The notes under the pieces were generated by a model. The model was given only the letters and a program-made list of their open reading frames with translations, was not told the origin of the DNA and ran no database searches. A DNA stretch of 64,000 bases, taken from NCBI RefSeq assembly GCF_036321535.1, contig NC_087436.1, forward strand, positions 23,872,001-23,936,000, given 5' to 3'. Both the position numbers and the translations under genes were made by a program. The DNA comes from Camelus dromedarius. Lineage: Eukaryota. Of the stretch, positions 1 to 12,700 are shown in pieces (positions within the stretch are counted from its first letter, which is position 1; each line of letters begins with the position of its first letter).

Positions 1-169
1 ACTGAGTATTAACTCGCTGTGTGGGATGCAAAGAAATATGTGACAAGCATTCAAGGAACTTACAATGAATTCATTTTTTAAAATAAAGTCTCATAATTTG
101 ACCAAATGGAATAATTTCCACTGGCATGGAAAAAAAAAAATAAGGAGCCAAGAATCATTAGGCAACCCA

Positions 170-1092
170 GCCATAGTTCTGTCCTGGTCACAATTTCATG
201 AATGACTTGGATAAAGTTATAAAGGGCACGTTTATGTAGTTGGATACGGTGTGGGGCTGGGAAGAATAATGAATACAGTACATCAAAAGAAGGAATGGAG
301 ATTTAAAGAGAGCTTCACAATTTGGCTGTTGGACAGAATCTATCAAAATAAAGTGTGTCAGGAGTCAATGGAAGGCTTGCCGGCTACTGTGTGACTTTAA
401 ACAAGTTCCTTATCCTCTCTATGCCTTTGGGCCCTTAGGTATAAAATGGGGATAATGGCAGCCCCTACACACAGGCTTGTTCTCAGAATTTAACTCAATG
501 TGTATAAAGTGCTTACTGTGCCTGTCCCATCACAGATGCTCAGGAAATGTAGCAAGTCCTCCTTTCAGTCTGCAGCTGCCTGATGGAAGTGTGTGGTAGC
601 CCAGAAAAGGTGGGGATGGTTCACTGTGACTGGTGCTTGTCAGACCACAGTATGTGGCATATGTCCAGTGAATACCACACTTTACGAGAGAGAGAAAAAC
701 TGGATTGAGTGCAGAGAAAAGTAGCCACAGTAGTGAGAAAGCTTAAGATCATATGATGAAAGGTTAAAAGAACTAAGTATATTTATCCTGAAGTAGAGAA
801 GATTCGAGTAGTCCACAATAGCATTTTCTAATATTTGAAAGGTTCACACATTGTAGATGGTTTAGATTTGTTCACTCCCCAGGGGCCAAAGGTGGATATT
901 TCAGAAAGACGAACTTCAGCTCAGTCTAAGGAAGATTTCGCTAATAATCAGAGCTGCTCAAGGATGGTGACAACTGCTTCAGGAAGAAATGAGGTCCTTG
1001 TCACTAGAGGCGATGCTAAGCAAGGTGGCCATTTGATGAATTGATGAGTGGACTTGGTGACCTTGAATGTCCAGTCTCTGAAATTCTGTGAT
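170..1092 (+). mobile_element. L3/CR1 LINE 3' fragment, interrupted by a MIR
   Basis: Degenerate CR1 RT-region sequence (AATGACTTGGAT...GCTGGGA), CR1-like 3' region (GTTAAAAGAACTAAGTATATTTATCCTGAAG) and the terminal ATTCTGTGAT motif. Confidence 0.75.
376..553 (+). mobile_element. MIR SINE nested in L3
   Basis: TGTGTGACTTTAAACAAGTTCCTTATCCTCTCT...TATAAAATGGGGATAAT core and MIR-like tail. Confidence 0.8.
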
Positions 1093-1390
1093 GTTGAGAA
1101 TAAACAGGGCTATTGTAGTCAAGACAACAGGCAAGGACATTTACTATCAAGAAAAAGATCCAAAACCATCAGATCAGAGGCTGAGAGTGGCAAATTTCCT
1201 TTCATGTTCACTGAGTAGAGGTGGGGTGGGAGGAGTGGGGTCTGGGCACCACCATTGGGCTCTAGAGCAATCACTCCCCCGTCGCCTGTCCTCATGGCTT
1301 TGCTGGGTGGATGTGAACCCGTTAGCTCCAAAACAGACCTTCTGCCGGCTGGATGCATGCAGCCAAATAGTAGCTCAACAGACTGCTTAC

Positions 1391-1560
1391 TGTTTATCTT
1401 TCTTAATCTCCTTTAAACCTCTTCGTGCCTCAGCCAGCAGTAAACCCCATCGCAGAGGTTAAGCCAGCTCCTCACTCCTCTTTCCTTTTGGTGTTTAATG
1501 TCACTAATATTTGTGTTTCCTGTTTGCTTTCGGCTCTGTTTGTTGTTTAAAATTACAAAA
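1391..1560 (-). other. candidate non-coding first exon/promoter module
   Basis: Minus-strand donor ACA|GTAAGC (GT at 1390-1389) in unique sequence; no clear acceptor upstream; upper boundary is a guess. Confidence 0.35.
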
Positions 1561-2407
1561 CTTCATTACGCCTATGCTAATTAATTATCTGCTTTTATGT
1601 TGTGTTTTCATGTTTTCATGTGTTTTCTTACTTGAATTTTCCTTCGTTTTTCCACCACTAGGATTTAAAATTTGAAACCATGTGGACTCTCCTGCACAGT
1701 TTTGCCTCCCTTTGCATATATGTATTTATTGTTGTCTTAAAAATCTTTTAACATAACAAAACAGCATAGAGATTTATCCAGTATTATATGGTTTATTAGT
1801 TGTGGTCTCCTGAAAGGTACAAGTAATGTTCTTCAATAATAGCAAGGATTATCATTGGCCACCAGAACGCTCCAGTACTCGTCCCAGAATCACAAAGTTT
1901 GGAAGTGAAAGATAGCCACTTTTCTTAATGGTACGAATTTCTCTCAGCTTACGTGTGGCCTTAGCTCAGACTCCGTCCCTTCACAGAAGTTGCACAAGTG
2001 GCTTTTCTCCAACCTTTAGCTGCCTGGGTATAAGACATCAGGATGAAGCCATTCCCATTCGTTTGCCTTCTGATGACTGGCATTTGGCTCTGCACGCTGC
2101 CTCCTCATTCTACTTCCACCATGTCTTTCTGTCCAGAGAATTTCTGGAAGCTGGAAGAGAGAGTTAAGGTTAGTCACTGCCTGTGTCCTTCCAGATTCCC
2201 TACATTGCAAGTCCTTGTAATTGTCCTCTTTCCAACAGGAGGATCTTTCTCCTGACTCCTCTCCTCTGCCCCGGTTGAATCTGACTTCATAAGTGATAAA
2301 AGCTCTATTCATCTTATTGCTTCCAAATCTTCTTTGACTACATCAGCAGGCACCCAGTTCACCCTACACGCTTTCCATAAGGTACTCGTTGCCTATGGGC
2401 GTTTCTC

Positions 2408-2710
2408 TCCATTCATTCCATATATACTGAATCCCTCCCAGGCGCCTCGCCCTGTGCTGGGTAAGAACAGGGAAGATCAAAGCAAAATATTGGCATTGCC
2501 CTCAAGGAGCTGTGGTCCATGGAAGGGGAGATAGATGGTGCAGTGCAGTGTGGAGTGAGACGGGATACTGGCAAACTCAGGTGCATCTGGAGACCCAAGG
2601 AAGGACGCACATCCAGACAACAGAGAAGGGGTCAGTGGAGGGTGGGTGCCCTGAAAGAGGCTAGACCTTAGCAGTCTTCTAGGGGAGTGGGAGTTTTCCA
2701 GAGCTAGCAT
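2408..2710 (-). mobile_element. L2 LINE 3' fragment
   Basis: ATTCATTC...CTGTGCTGGG...TGCCCTCAAGGAGCT, the reverse complement of the L2 3' end. Confidence 0.65.
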
Positions 2711-4174
2711 TTGGAACAGAACAATTTTTCTAAGGAATTTTTATAAGGAAGCGTGTAATGGTTTCCTCATAATGAGTTTATTTTGTTTTCCTGTAGACTC
2801 AAGAAATGTTTTGCCACCATATGAAAGTTAAAACTTAGAAGGAGTTTGGGATACAGTCTCCACAGACCTGACTAGTCTCACACTCTCCGAACAGTATCAA
2901 ACCTTTGACGCCCATGAGAAAGATGAGATAATGTGTATCAAAGCATTTTATAAAGTTAAGGGAACCGTACAATGTAAGGTTTTCCGTTTAGGATTATTAA
3001 ACAATCTTTTTGGAATATTTTTCACTCCTTATAAATTCCCTGATGGTTTTAAATCTGAAGAACTGAAATCCTTGGGAAATAGGAAGCAAAGAACACTACA
3101 CAATGCATGTAGTTATGCCACTAGGATGATAAATCTAGTACGTGTGTTGGAAAATGGAGAAAAATAGAGGGGTTGGTGCTTTTTAAAATTGCCTTAACTG
3201 TACACATCCCTGAAGCCGTTTTATTTGGACAGTTTTTTTTTTCTGCTAACATATACGTTGATAAACTTTTTATTCTGACATTGGTTCATCTCTTTGCATG
3301 AAATTCTTTTTATCTCGCGGCAGCTTCATTCCCTCAGACCTCCAAACGTGTCAGACCCTGAGATTTATTATCCACCAGCATGTAGCACAGGATGAAGTTC
3401 ACATTCAAATAGGGTGAGAACAGGATTGCTTACCATATGACACCTGCTCCAGTGACACCCCATTCATCCTCTGGCGAGTCTTCTAAAAACCTCAGATATT
3501 TAAGCATATCCAACTGTAGGGGTAGGAGACAGAGCTCAAATCACAGGGTTACCCCCAAGACCAAGTCCATTGATTGGGAGTTGAAAGTAGATGGGGGTTA
3601 GTGATTACACAAGCTCGATTTCCCTTTCTCCAGGGTGAGAGCACATTTAGAAAATTGAGGGAAGCTGGGAGGGGAGATTGAGAAGGATCACAATGAGCCT
3701 TCAGAGGGGCATCTGAGGCTCAGATTCCACAACCAGGTGGAGGCCATCCACAGAGGAGGTCATCCCTCTAGTGGAGTTTGTCTGACAGCTACCATGCTGC
3801 TGGAGAGAGCCCTAGAGGACCAGAGTGCCCAGCATCACATGTTCTGCAGTAAAGGGCCAGCCTTAATCCCTCAAGAGCCCTGAGCTCTGAGAGATGATCT
3901 TGAGCACGGAGTGGGATCACACCAGGACAGAGATCTCCTCCCCTGGAGACCAGGGCTTTGCTCTCTGCTGTTACTACCCAGCCCAAATTAGCATTGAGTG
4001 GATCATCTGCAGCCTGGGGTTATCCATGAAAACATTACACACCATTAACACAGAGCGTGGAGAGATGGTTTTATGTGGTTCTCTGCCATTTAACAGCATT
4101 AATTCTGTAGACCTAGAAGGGGCCTCAGAGCCCATCCACTGGGGTGCGGCACAGTGGGCATTGGAATCAACATC

Positions 4175-4315
4175 AGATGTGGAGTAAAATGTACTGGAAC
4201 CCTGGCAAAAGGATTTGGTGTATAGTCCCTATTTCGCCATTAACCCGAGCCTTGTGGATTTGAGCGAGCCGCTGTCCCTTCCTGGCCCTCAGTTTTCTCA
4301 TTGGGAACAGGAGAA
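4175..4315 (+). mobile_element. MIR fragment
   Basis: TTGAGCGAGCCGCTGTCCCTTCCTGGCCCTCAGTTTTCTCATT core. Confidence 0.6.
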
Positions 4316-4334
4316 GCTGAATTTGTAGCAAAAA

Positions 4335-4545
4335 CAGGTGACATTTCTAGAACACTTACTACATGCCAGACACTGAGATGAATGCTTTGTAGACATCAGA
4401 CTTAATTCTCAAACAACCTAGGAGGTGATTTTTCTGTTTTCAGGTGAAGAAACTGAGGCACAGAAAGGCTAAGGAACTCACCCAGGTCTCATAGCTGGTA
4501 ACAGGTGGAGCTGGTATCTGAACCCCATCCAGTCCCTTAACCTTG
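4335..4545 (-). mobile_element. MIR SINE
   Basis: CACTTACTACATGCCAGACACTG...CAGGTGAAGAAACTGAGGCACAGAAAGGCTAAGGAACTCACCCAGGTCTCATAGCTGGTAA. Confidence 0.85.
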
Positions 4546-5217
4546 GGGGTACTGAAGTTTCTTCCCCCATTAACATCTCCGATTTTCTGACTAGGATGTC
4601 TAAAGACCTTAGCAAGGGAATAAACGCTGAGGGGTTAGTACCAGCTTTGCTGCTCTCCTCGCACAGACGTGATCAAAGAGCGTTGCCTCCTGAAGAGCCT
4701 TTTGTTTGCCTATCACCCAGGCTTAAAAACCCTGCGCCCTGGGGACCTCCAGGCTCTCTCCATAATCCTCAAAGCATCCTTCCAGCTTGGCTCCCTCATC
4801 GCACTCAACAAATACACCTGCAGGCTCCTACCTGCTCCTCTTTTGCTCTGCTTATTTGAGCATATAAAGGCTATGTATTCTGTATCTGGAATACACGGGC
4901 ATCCTCAGCAAGGTTAGTTGGGGTTTTTTGTTTTTTGGTTTTTTTTTTTTACCATTTTCAAAGGGAGAACATACTATTATGAAAAATGAAGGCACTTTTT
5001 TGATGGTACCACTTGAAATTGATGAAACTTTAAGAGCATTTGAAGCCTGTCCTTAGCTGCATGTATAGGTGGAAGCACCAATGAGGGGGCACACGTGGCC
5101 CAGATGTGTAGGTGCTGGCTGAGTGCAGGTCTGTGACGGACTCACTTCCTGATTCAGGTCGCTTAATTGTCTTAGTCTTTTGGTGTCATCAGTCCTTCAC
5201 TTGTAACGTAAGAGGAC

Positions 5218-5425
5218 GGTGATAACGTGCGTACTGTGTGTTACTGTTGACAGGTTATTTCCACATATGTTATTTCTTTTAATCCTCACCTGCGAGGACA
5301 AGTATTTTATAAATAAGTAAACGGGGGCCCATAAAGGGTACAAGAGTTGGCCAAGATCACCCAACTTATGAAGGGCAGAGCCAGGAGCCAAACTTCCTGT
5401 GCTCTTTCTGTTTCACAATAGCTGC
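5218..5425 (-). mobile_element. MIR SINE
   Basis: TTTAATCCTCAC...TTGGCCAAGATCACCCAACTTATGAAGGGCAGAGCCAGGA. Confidence 0.7.
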
Positions 5426-7255
5426 ATCTATGAGGAAGGAAGAGACAATGAACCAGAAAGCTTCTTACGCACTTTGACAAAGGTGAAGTTCCTGGAATGG
5501 ATCACTAACAGTCCAGAACTGGGAGAAGTGGCACACAACTAGAGATACACAGCCTCTGAGTCTTCGTGAACATGGGGAATAAACTGAAGCTACAGATGAT
5601 AAGTTTCACACACCTTTAGACTCAAGAGGCTTTCTATATTTTGTAGGGTTTACTCTATGACCATTACATGGGCACAAGTTGATTTGCAGAGAGGTTATGA
5701 AAACTATGAGACTTACCCCTAAAACTGTTATGCTTTGCAAAGTTTTCATCAAGCCTTGCTCAGTAACATGGGGATGATACAGTTGATTAAATGATTTTTA
5801 TGGGTATAGAAGAAATGTTCCAAAATGTGTTTTCAGTGGTTCCAAAATTTGTACCTCCTTTGAGCCCAATTCCTGTAGGTGGTGAACCTATGAATCTCTT
5901 ACTCGGTATGGTTAGTATAGCCGGTGTAACTGGTGGAACCAGGGTGAGAATGGCTGTGTTGACAGCCCAACTCAAATTTCAATTAGCAGCATGTCCTGAG
6001 GTAATCAGGCTCTTAGAAACACTTTCTATGTTTGAGAGCGACCAGGTACAGACTTAGAAGGGCAGCTTTCATGTCTCTACATCCAATCAGTGACCCCCTC
6101 GTCTATTCACTCAAGAAGACACTAAGTCAGTTTCACCTGGGGACAACCCTTCACCCTCATTGCATGATCAGCTCTTCACAAGTGGCCATTGTTTTCATTT
6201 GAGACCATCTGTCTACAAGCCAAAATGATCACGGTCTGCCAACACAACCATGCTTTCCTATTTCCTTTGCAATCTCAAGAGGAGTCCTGAAGCCAGGTAC
6301 ACAAATGCACTTTCTGCATAAGGGCCTGAGCCAGTGTGCCCACCCAAGTTGTTTCACTTATTCTTTATATCAGCCCCATATTGCTAGGAAAGAACATGGG
6401 CCTTCAGTATGGAAAATGGGAATAATGGACTATTTATATGTTGGTTGTTAGGGTTTGAGAAGAGATAAAGCCTGAAGACATTCTACATTCTCAAACAATT
6501 TAGTTGCCCTTTCTTGCTCTTTTTCTTCCTTTTATTCTGTATTTCCCTCTGAGCTCCAGCATTTACAGCTTTGGACATTGGCAGTATAAACTGGATTTTC
6601 AGAGTGAAAGGAAGCTGGCCTTCCTTTGAGAAGCCTCAAAAGCCCTGGAGAAGAAGGAAATTGTCCAGGTGGCATGTTAAGTCTGTGGTAGCAAATATGC
6701 CAGCCAATAGCAATCCTAGGCCATAGATAAACAGCACCCCAAAAGATTGGATTGTTATAACTGTGATGATCTGTACCTGAGAAGAGGTTGGCCTTTAGTT
6801 CCTAGTTCTGGTCAGCTATTGGAGCCCCAGTGGGAAGTCTGCAAGATTATAGGGCCATTGGTACTTTCAGAAAGAAGGTACCTAATGGGACTGAAAGGAG
6901 AATGTAACTAGAGAAAGTTCTGAAACTTAACTCACTCAAAAAGTGAATGTTAAAAAGCCAAAGAAATTTCAGTTTCAAAACTACCATGATTTCCCACTTT
7001 TCTGGAAAGAGGCTCTTAAAATATGAGTACTCTTCTAGGGGCAACTGTAATCTTCTAGGTTGACTACATTTTAGTAAAATGCTCCCTGTTCCCTTTCTTT
7101 CATCTTGCAAATAGCCTTAGGTATACATGTGCAGCCAAAGCTCTATTCTCAGCAATCCTTTTGGAAGCAAAGAAAATGTATGAGGTTGAGGTTTGCACCA
7201 GTGCTAGATGTTGACAACCCAACCTTGCTTATCTTGTGGGCTCATGGAAAACCTT

Positions 7256-7376
7256 GGACAATTCCATATAATTTATCATCCAAATCAGGACACTTGAGGT
7301 ACACTAACCAAACAGGTCACCAGGACAACTCTGTAATCAGAGAGATCCTGGGCAAATCAGGAAGTATCATCTTTGT
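7256..7376. mobile_element. MER81-like hAT (Blackjack) DNA transposon
   Basis: CCATATAATTTATCATCCAAATCAGGACACTT...CCTGGGCAAATCAGGA resembles the MER81 consensus. Confidence 0.7.
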
Positions 7377-9099
7377 AATAATGTATAGTGAGGTTAATTG
7401 GATGAACAGGGAGGGCTAAGATAGTAATAATGACTTCAAACTATATTTTAGGATTTTGTTCTGCCATTGTTTAAATGTTTACTTTTCTTTTACATAGAAT
7501 CCTGTAGAAGTTTAGATTTCATAAAATACTACTTGCTCTTTTTTTTGTCTTTTGTTTTGATACAAGCTACAGGTCAACTAGCTACAAATACACAGGGTCT
7601 AGAAGGAAAACCAAAACAAAAAAACAGTGAATCTAAATAAAATTGGATTTTAGGCAAGTGAGAATTTTAAGGAAACTGAAAAATCACGGTCTACAAAACC
7701 AGGAGTTCTATTTGTCTGTAAACCTCATAGAAGTCATGGAACATGTGGGTTTTTTACATAGTTTAAATGTGCATATGTGATTTTATTTCTAGTAAGCATC
7801 CTGAGCCATGTTTTCCTATAAGATAGTTTTCTCTATAACTTCTTTAAATAACAAATATTAGTTAGAATGTTAACAATTATAGAAAACTAACTTTTAAAAA
7901 TTTTACGTAAAACTTCAAGGACATGAACTGAACCACGAATGAACTGTAAAGGGGTATTTTGATAGGTTGGAGCCAACACGACACATTAAAATCTGAGTGG
8001 GTAAATGACAGTGGATCTCATCTGGGTTGGTAACTAGTCTGTACTTGAGGATTTTGTTGCCATCAAGCACAATATTGTTACGATGCAAATGATGTCCATA
8101 CTCTAAATTTAAAACTATTCTTTCCAGTGAGGCTCAGTTGGCCTTCACCTTTTCCCATACCTTCTGGTTCTCCTTCTGATCAGCCTCTTGACTAGGGAGA
8201 GCCAGACCCAGATGTACAGTTTAACCCACTTATCAGCCACCAGGTCAGACATTGTCTTATTTTTAACTCCCTCCTGTGCTTCTTGTAGACACAGAATGTG
8301 GGCCCTCCTTTCAACGTATTTGCTCTAATTCTTTTCTACAGGAAGTTTCTAGGGACCAATCAGAGCAAGGCAGTTGATACAGTTTTCCTATTAACCACTT
8401 AGTCTCTGGTCTGGAGAACTAATAGACTCCTATTAGAGAATGACAGGCCTAAGTATTTGCTCACACACACGGAGCAGGTCAAGTGTATCTGGTTTTGTTC
8501 TCTCTGATTCCTGTGTTTGTTCATGATTTCTCCCTATGCTGGTGATCAGGATAGTCACATATGCTGTTAAATAAGTGTCCATCTGAAAAAAAAGATGGTA
8601 TGAATGAACAGTGCAAGAAACAGTAGGATTTAATAATGTTCAAATATGTGTGTGAGGAAGATTTCCAGAAAAGAACAGTAAGAAAGGGAGCAGAGAGATT
8701 GTGGAACAGGAAGAAGAGAGACGCAGGAAAGAAACTGGTTCATCCTAGCAGATAGAAGCCGCAGGCATTTTTCAGTCCAGCTAATTATTCTCAGTTGTTT
8801 ATAATCTCAGCCTCAAATCATGGCCAAAGAATACATGTGGTGTAATTTCATCTCAGAAAAGGTGTCTCTTTTCAGATCACTTTAGCCTCTCTATTGAATT
8901 TTCTCTAAAAATTGACTTCCATTTTCTCTATTCTTGGAGGAAAATTAGGCCTTATTTCATAGCTAAAACTTAGGCAAAACTTATTCTCTTCTCTTCTTTT
9001 GTGTTTATTTTTATAAGCTGTAAGTGCATATTTCTCCATGAAGAATTTTTTTAATTGGTCAAAATTTTATCGTAATATTATTCTTTTTCTTCACATGGG

Positions 9100-9240
9100 A
9101 TTTTTAAGTTATCTTTTGTCTTACTACAAAAATAATTTGTGTTCATTGTAGAAAACATCTTTGAAAATACAGACAAGCAAAAGTAAGAAAATTAAAATCA
9201 CTGAAAAATCACAATGTCCCAAAATAACCACTAGCGTGTT
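9100..9240 (-). mobile_element. old L1 (L1ME-like) 3' end
   Basis: TGTTCATTGTAGAAAA...TTGAAAATACAGACAAGCAAAA...AAAATCAC...AATAACCACT. Confidence 0.65.
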
Positions 9241-9479
9241 CAGTGGTTTTTTTTTTTTTTCTTTAAATAATTAAAGGGCTGTTTTTGAGGGAAGGAGTCT
9301 GCCCATTTCAACATTGTATATTTGTGAACACGTGTATCTCACACATTAATGCTGCTGGATCTATATGATAGAACCATTTTTTCTAATGACTGGAATATTT
9401 AACCAGAAAATATCTGACACACGCAGCTTCTGCTCAGCTCTAACGGTGCCCTGGTGAGAAGCAGCCGTCGATGCTGTCA

Positions 9480-9720
9480 TTTCTGTGCACACACACAGAC
9501 ATCCATCCATCATGAATATTTAAAATTCAATCATTAGGTGCAGCAGCGGCGGCAGCGGCATATTTGTTGCAACTGATCAGCCATTAATGGTTTAAAAACT
9601 TAGAAATTCGGGGCTGCTTTTGTCAATTGAAGAGGATTATTCCAAGCCACTGAAGCTCCTTGTCAGAATGGAAAAGTGTATTAAAAGAGATGGGATTGCA
9701 CACCCCAAGGTCGCTTACAA
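9480..9720. promoter_or_regulatory. candidate conserved non-coding/enhancer element
   Basis: Unique sequence with clustered palindromes and TAAT/ATTA, TGATTG-like and TGTCA motifs. Confidence 0.4.
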
Positions 9721-12700
9721 TATATATAATTCACTAAGCACACATGCTTAAGAGAAAAATAGACCAAACGGAAGAGATTGGAGATCCGTCAAATAGTCTC
9801 CTGCCCAGATCAAACATACTAACAAACAAACAAACAAACAAACATTCCCAATTCTGTTTCTCCCTGAGCACCATGCAGACAGAGGTTTCTGCCTACAAGG
9901 GCACCGGGCTTGGTGTCCTGGGCTTGGCTCTGGGCTCATCCATTCCTCCAGATTCACTTGCCTTTTCAAGTGAGACTTTCACAACAATGGGAGCAGCAGT
10001 GCACTCTGTTGTCATAATCATCAAGTGAGATCTGTTTTCTCTCATTACCAGGAGCTTAGTGATCAGTGACTAGGCATGGTTGGAAAGTATTTCTGAAGAT
10101 TCTATTTTCCGTGCTTCATTGAAACGGTTGACCAGTAGTACCCTGCGCTTCCAAGTGCTGGCCACAGCACTTTTTTGTTTCTAAAACCTTCCCAACCCTC
10201 TCAATCATATTTAGAGGGCTTTGCATAGAGGCTCAGGAAAGGTGTTCCAGTTTACCTGACCCTTCCTTGTAGCCTGAGCTGTCAGAAGTCCTTGAGAGAA
10301 AATGACACTATCAGGAATGCATGGAAACCCGCTTAAAATGGGCATTCTGAAATTCCTTATGACTCTTGTGGGAACCACTTTAAAAATGGTTTTATGATGT
10401 GCTCTAGAGATTGAATCAGTGCAGAATCTTGTTGTTTCCACTCTGCTCTCAGCACCCAACTTTCCACATTCACCTGGACTGTCAGTGATCTGTGCTTACC
10501 TGGAAGTAAAGAGCAGCCTGGGTACTTTTTTAATAAAGGAGGGAATAAGGGAGGAAAGGGGACTGAGAAAGGGAAGAGAAGGGGGAGGGAGGAAGCAGAA
10601 ACATTTAAGGAGTGAAATGTGTGCCTGTTTGCAAGTCATTTAGAGCCCAGTTCCATGACCCTGTGGCTGGTCTGCCTAGATTCAGAAAATCGTAAGTATG
10701 AACTGTGAAAATCTTGTTGAATGATGTGAGAAAAAGCCAATCCAGTCTCATTATACTGTTTTGGGTCCCCTCGTCCCCCAATGCCTTTCTGTTTTCAAAG
10801 AGCTGTGACACATATCAGTAGCTTCACCAGAAAACCACATAATTTTCCTCCAAAATATCAGAATGAATCACCTTGATTTTCTAAATTGTGGGATACCCTG
10901 AGAAAGCCACGTGAAAGGTATTTTTAAGTATAGAGGAGAAGCAAATATGTTTAAAATGGAGCTGTTTTAAGGACTCTACATCTAGAGAAAAGCTCTGCCT
11001 GCCACCACCAGTCATAAACTAATGACTATTTTAAAATACATCCCTGAATATAAAATAACATTTAAACTTATTAATAAATCATTTATTTCTTAAACTCTTC
11101 CCCTTATGGACAGAAATGCTTAGTTTTGTGAGAGAATCTGGCCGGTAAAATACAAATAAGGTGCAGCACTAGCTTATTATAATCTACAGCTTAGTCAACA
11201 AGGCTCCCGGCAATCTGCAGGAAGGGAAATTAAGGCACAAAATGATCTGTAGAAGATTGCATAAAAATTCAGCCACAAAGCTGGGGAGAAAGCATTCTAG
11301 CTCCTGATTTTTTTTTTTTTTTTTTTTTGTCGCTGTCAAACTGTCACAAATAACTAAGAAAGTCTGCTTGGGGCATTTCAAACTCTGAATTCTCTGTTTA
11401 TGTGGATGTTGGAATTTCCTCCCACTTCTAAACATATATTCTAGACTTAAGGCTTAAAGATCAACATTACTCTGATAAACCTTACTCCGACTCGAGATTT
11501 ACTTAACCAACTGTAATATTCCTACTACCCAGATTCAATCTGTTGAGCAAATAAAAATCATGTTGCAAATGACCTCCCTATGTATTTACTCAGTTTGTGT
11601 TTTAGAAGTATAACATTGGGCATAGGAGATGGTGGTGCCAATGAAACTATTACATACCATACTTACTTACTTACCATAGATTTTTAAATGGGACTACAAC
11701 AGAGAAACCAAGAAACCACATCATTTGTGAAAATAAGAAATCACATCGTAAATGCTTCAGTTCAGATAAGCATCTGTTTCAAATCCAAAAACACAGAGAG
11801 AAGTAAAATTGTATTCAAAGAAGTTTCCTGCTTTGTCTTGATCTGAAGCCAGTCTAACTCCTGATACCGCTTACTTGTGTGAGATCTTAGGACAGTCATG
11901 AAGAGGATGGGGAAATTTATTGAAACTTTCTGACACATCTGTGTTCAGAAATGAACTTGTCATACAGCAAAATGTGATTTCTTTGCTCTTATTTAGTTTC
12001 CTACCTGGATATCTCTTCCCATTTGAGCTGATTCAGACACCCTGACCTTGGATAAAAACACTTAATCTGAGTCTTTTCCCATTCCTGTGTTGGCACACCC
12101 CTCTATGTTCTCTATCCTACAGCCACGTGTCCAACCCCTTCTTCCTCTCTGTGACCCTCCCCACTTCTCCCCTTCCATCTTCTTACTTCCTTGGTGTGTC
12201 CTCTCTGTTAGACATCGGGCGACTTCTGATTCCCCCCCACAGAGACTCTCTCGTTGATAGCTGCCCTCAGAGTTAGATTCTGGAAGCCATTAGGCTTGAG
12301 TGACTATTTGACTGAAAAGTCAACACCCATTTTCTCTTCTAAAAAAAAAAGTCCCCTCCAGGAGAAAAACCTTGCAAAAACCACATCGACACTATAAAGA
12401 AGGAAAGGAGTGTGAGTAGCACGGACCAGATTCAGACTAAACCAATGATGGGCTTTTACCCAGCCTTCTGGCCTCTGAGCAGTGGTTCTCTGTCTCTCTG
12501 CTCACCAAGCCCCCAGTCTCTCTGCTGCCTTGTCTTCTGGTCCAACTCTGTGTCATCTCACTATTGATGGCCTGCACAGTTGGGCCATTTCCCCATAGTT
12601 CCTCTGTCTCACCCATGCTGTCAATGCCAGCCCCTCAACAACATGGGAAGAAAAGCAGTGGCTGGATGATGGGGAGGGTACAGTCTACGACGGAGAAATG

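Noticed and set aside
3540..3985. Possible ancient Gypsy-type LTR remnants (also about 6540-6990 and 35300-35800)
   Set aside because: Only a compositional impression; I could not identify termini or a consensus match.
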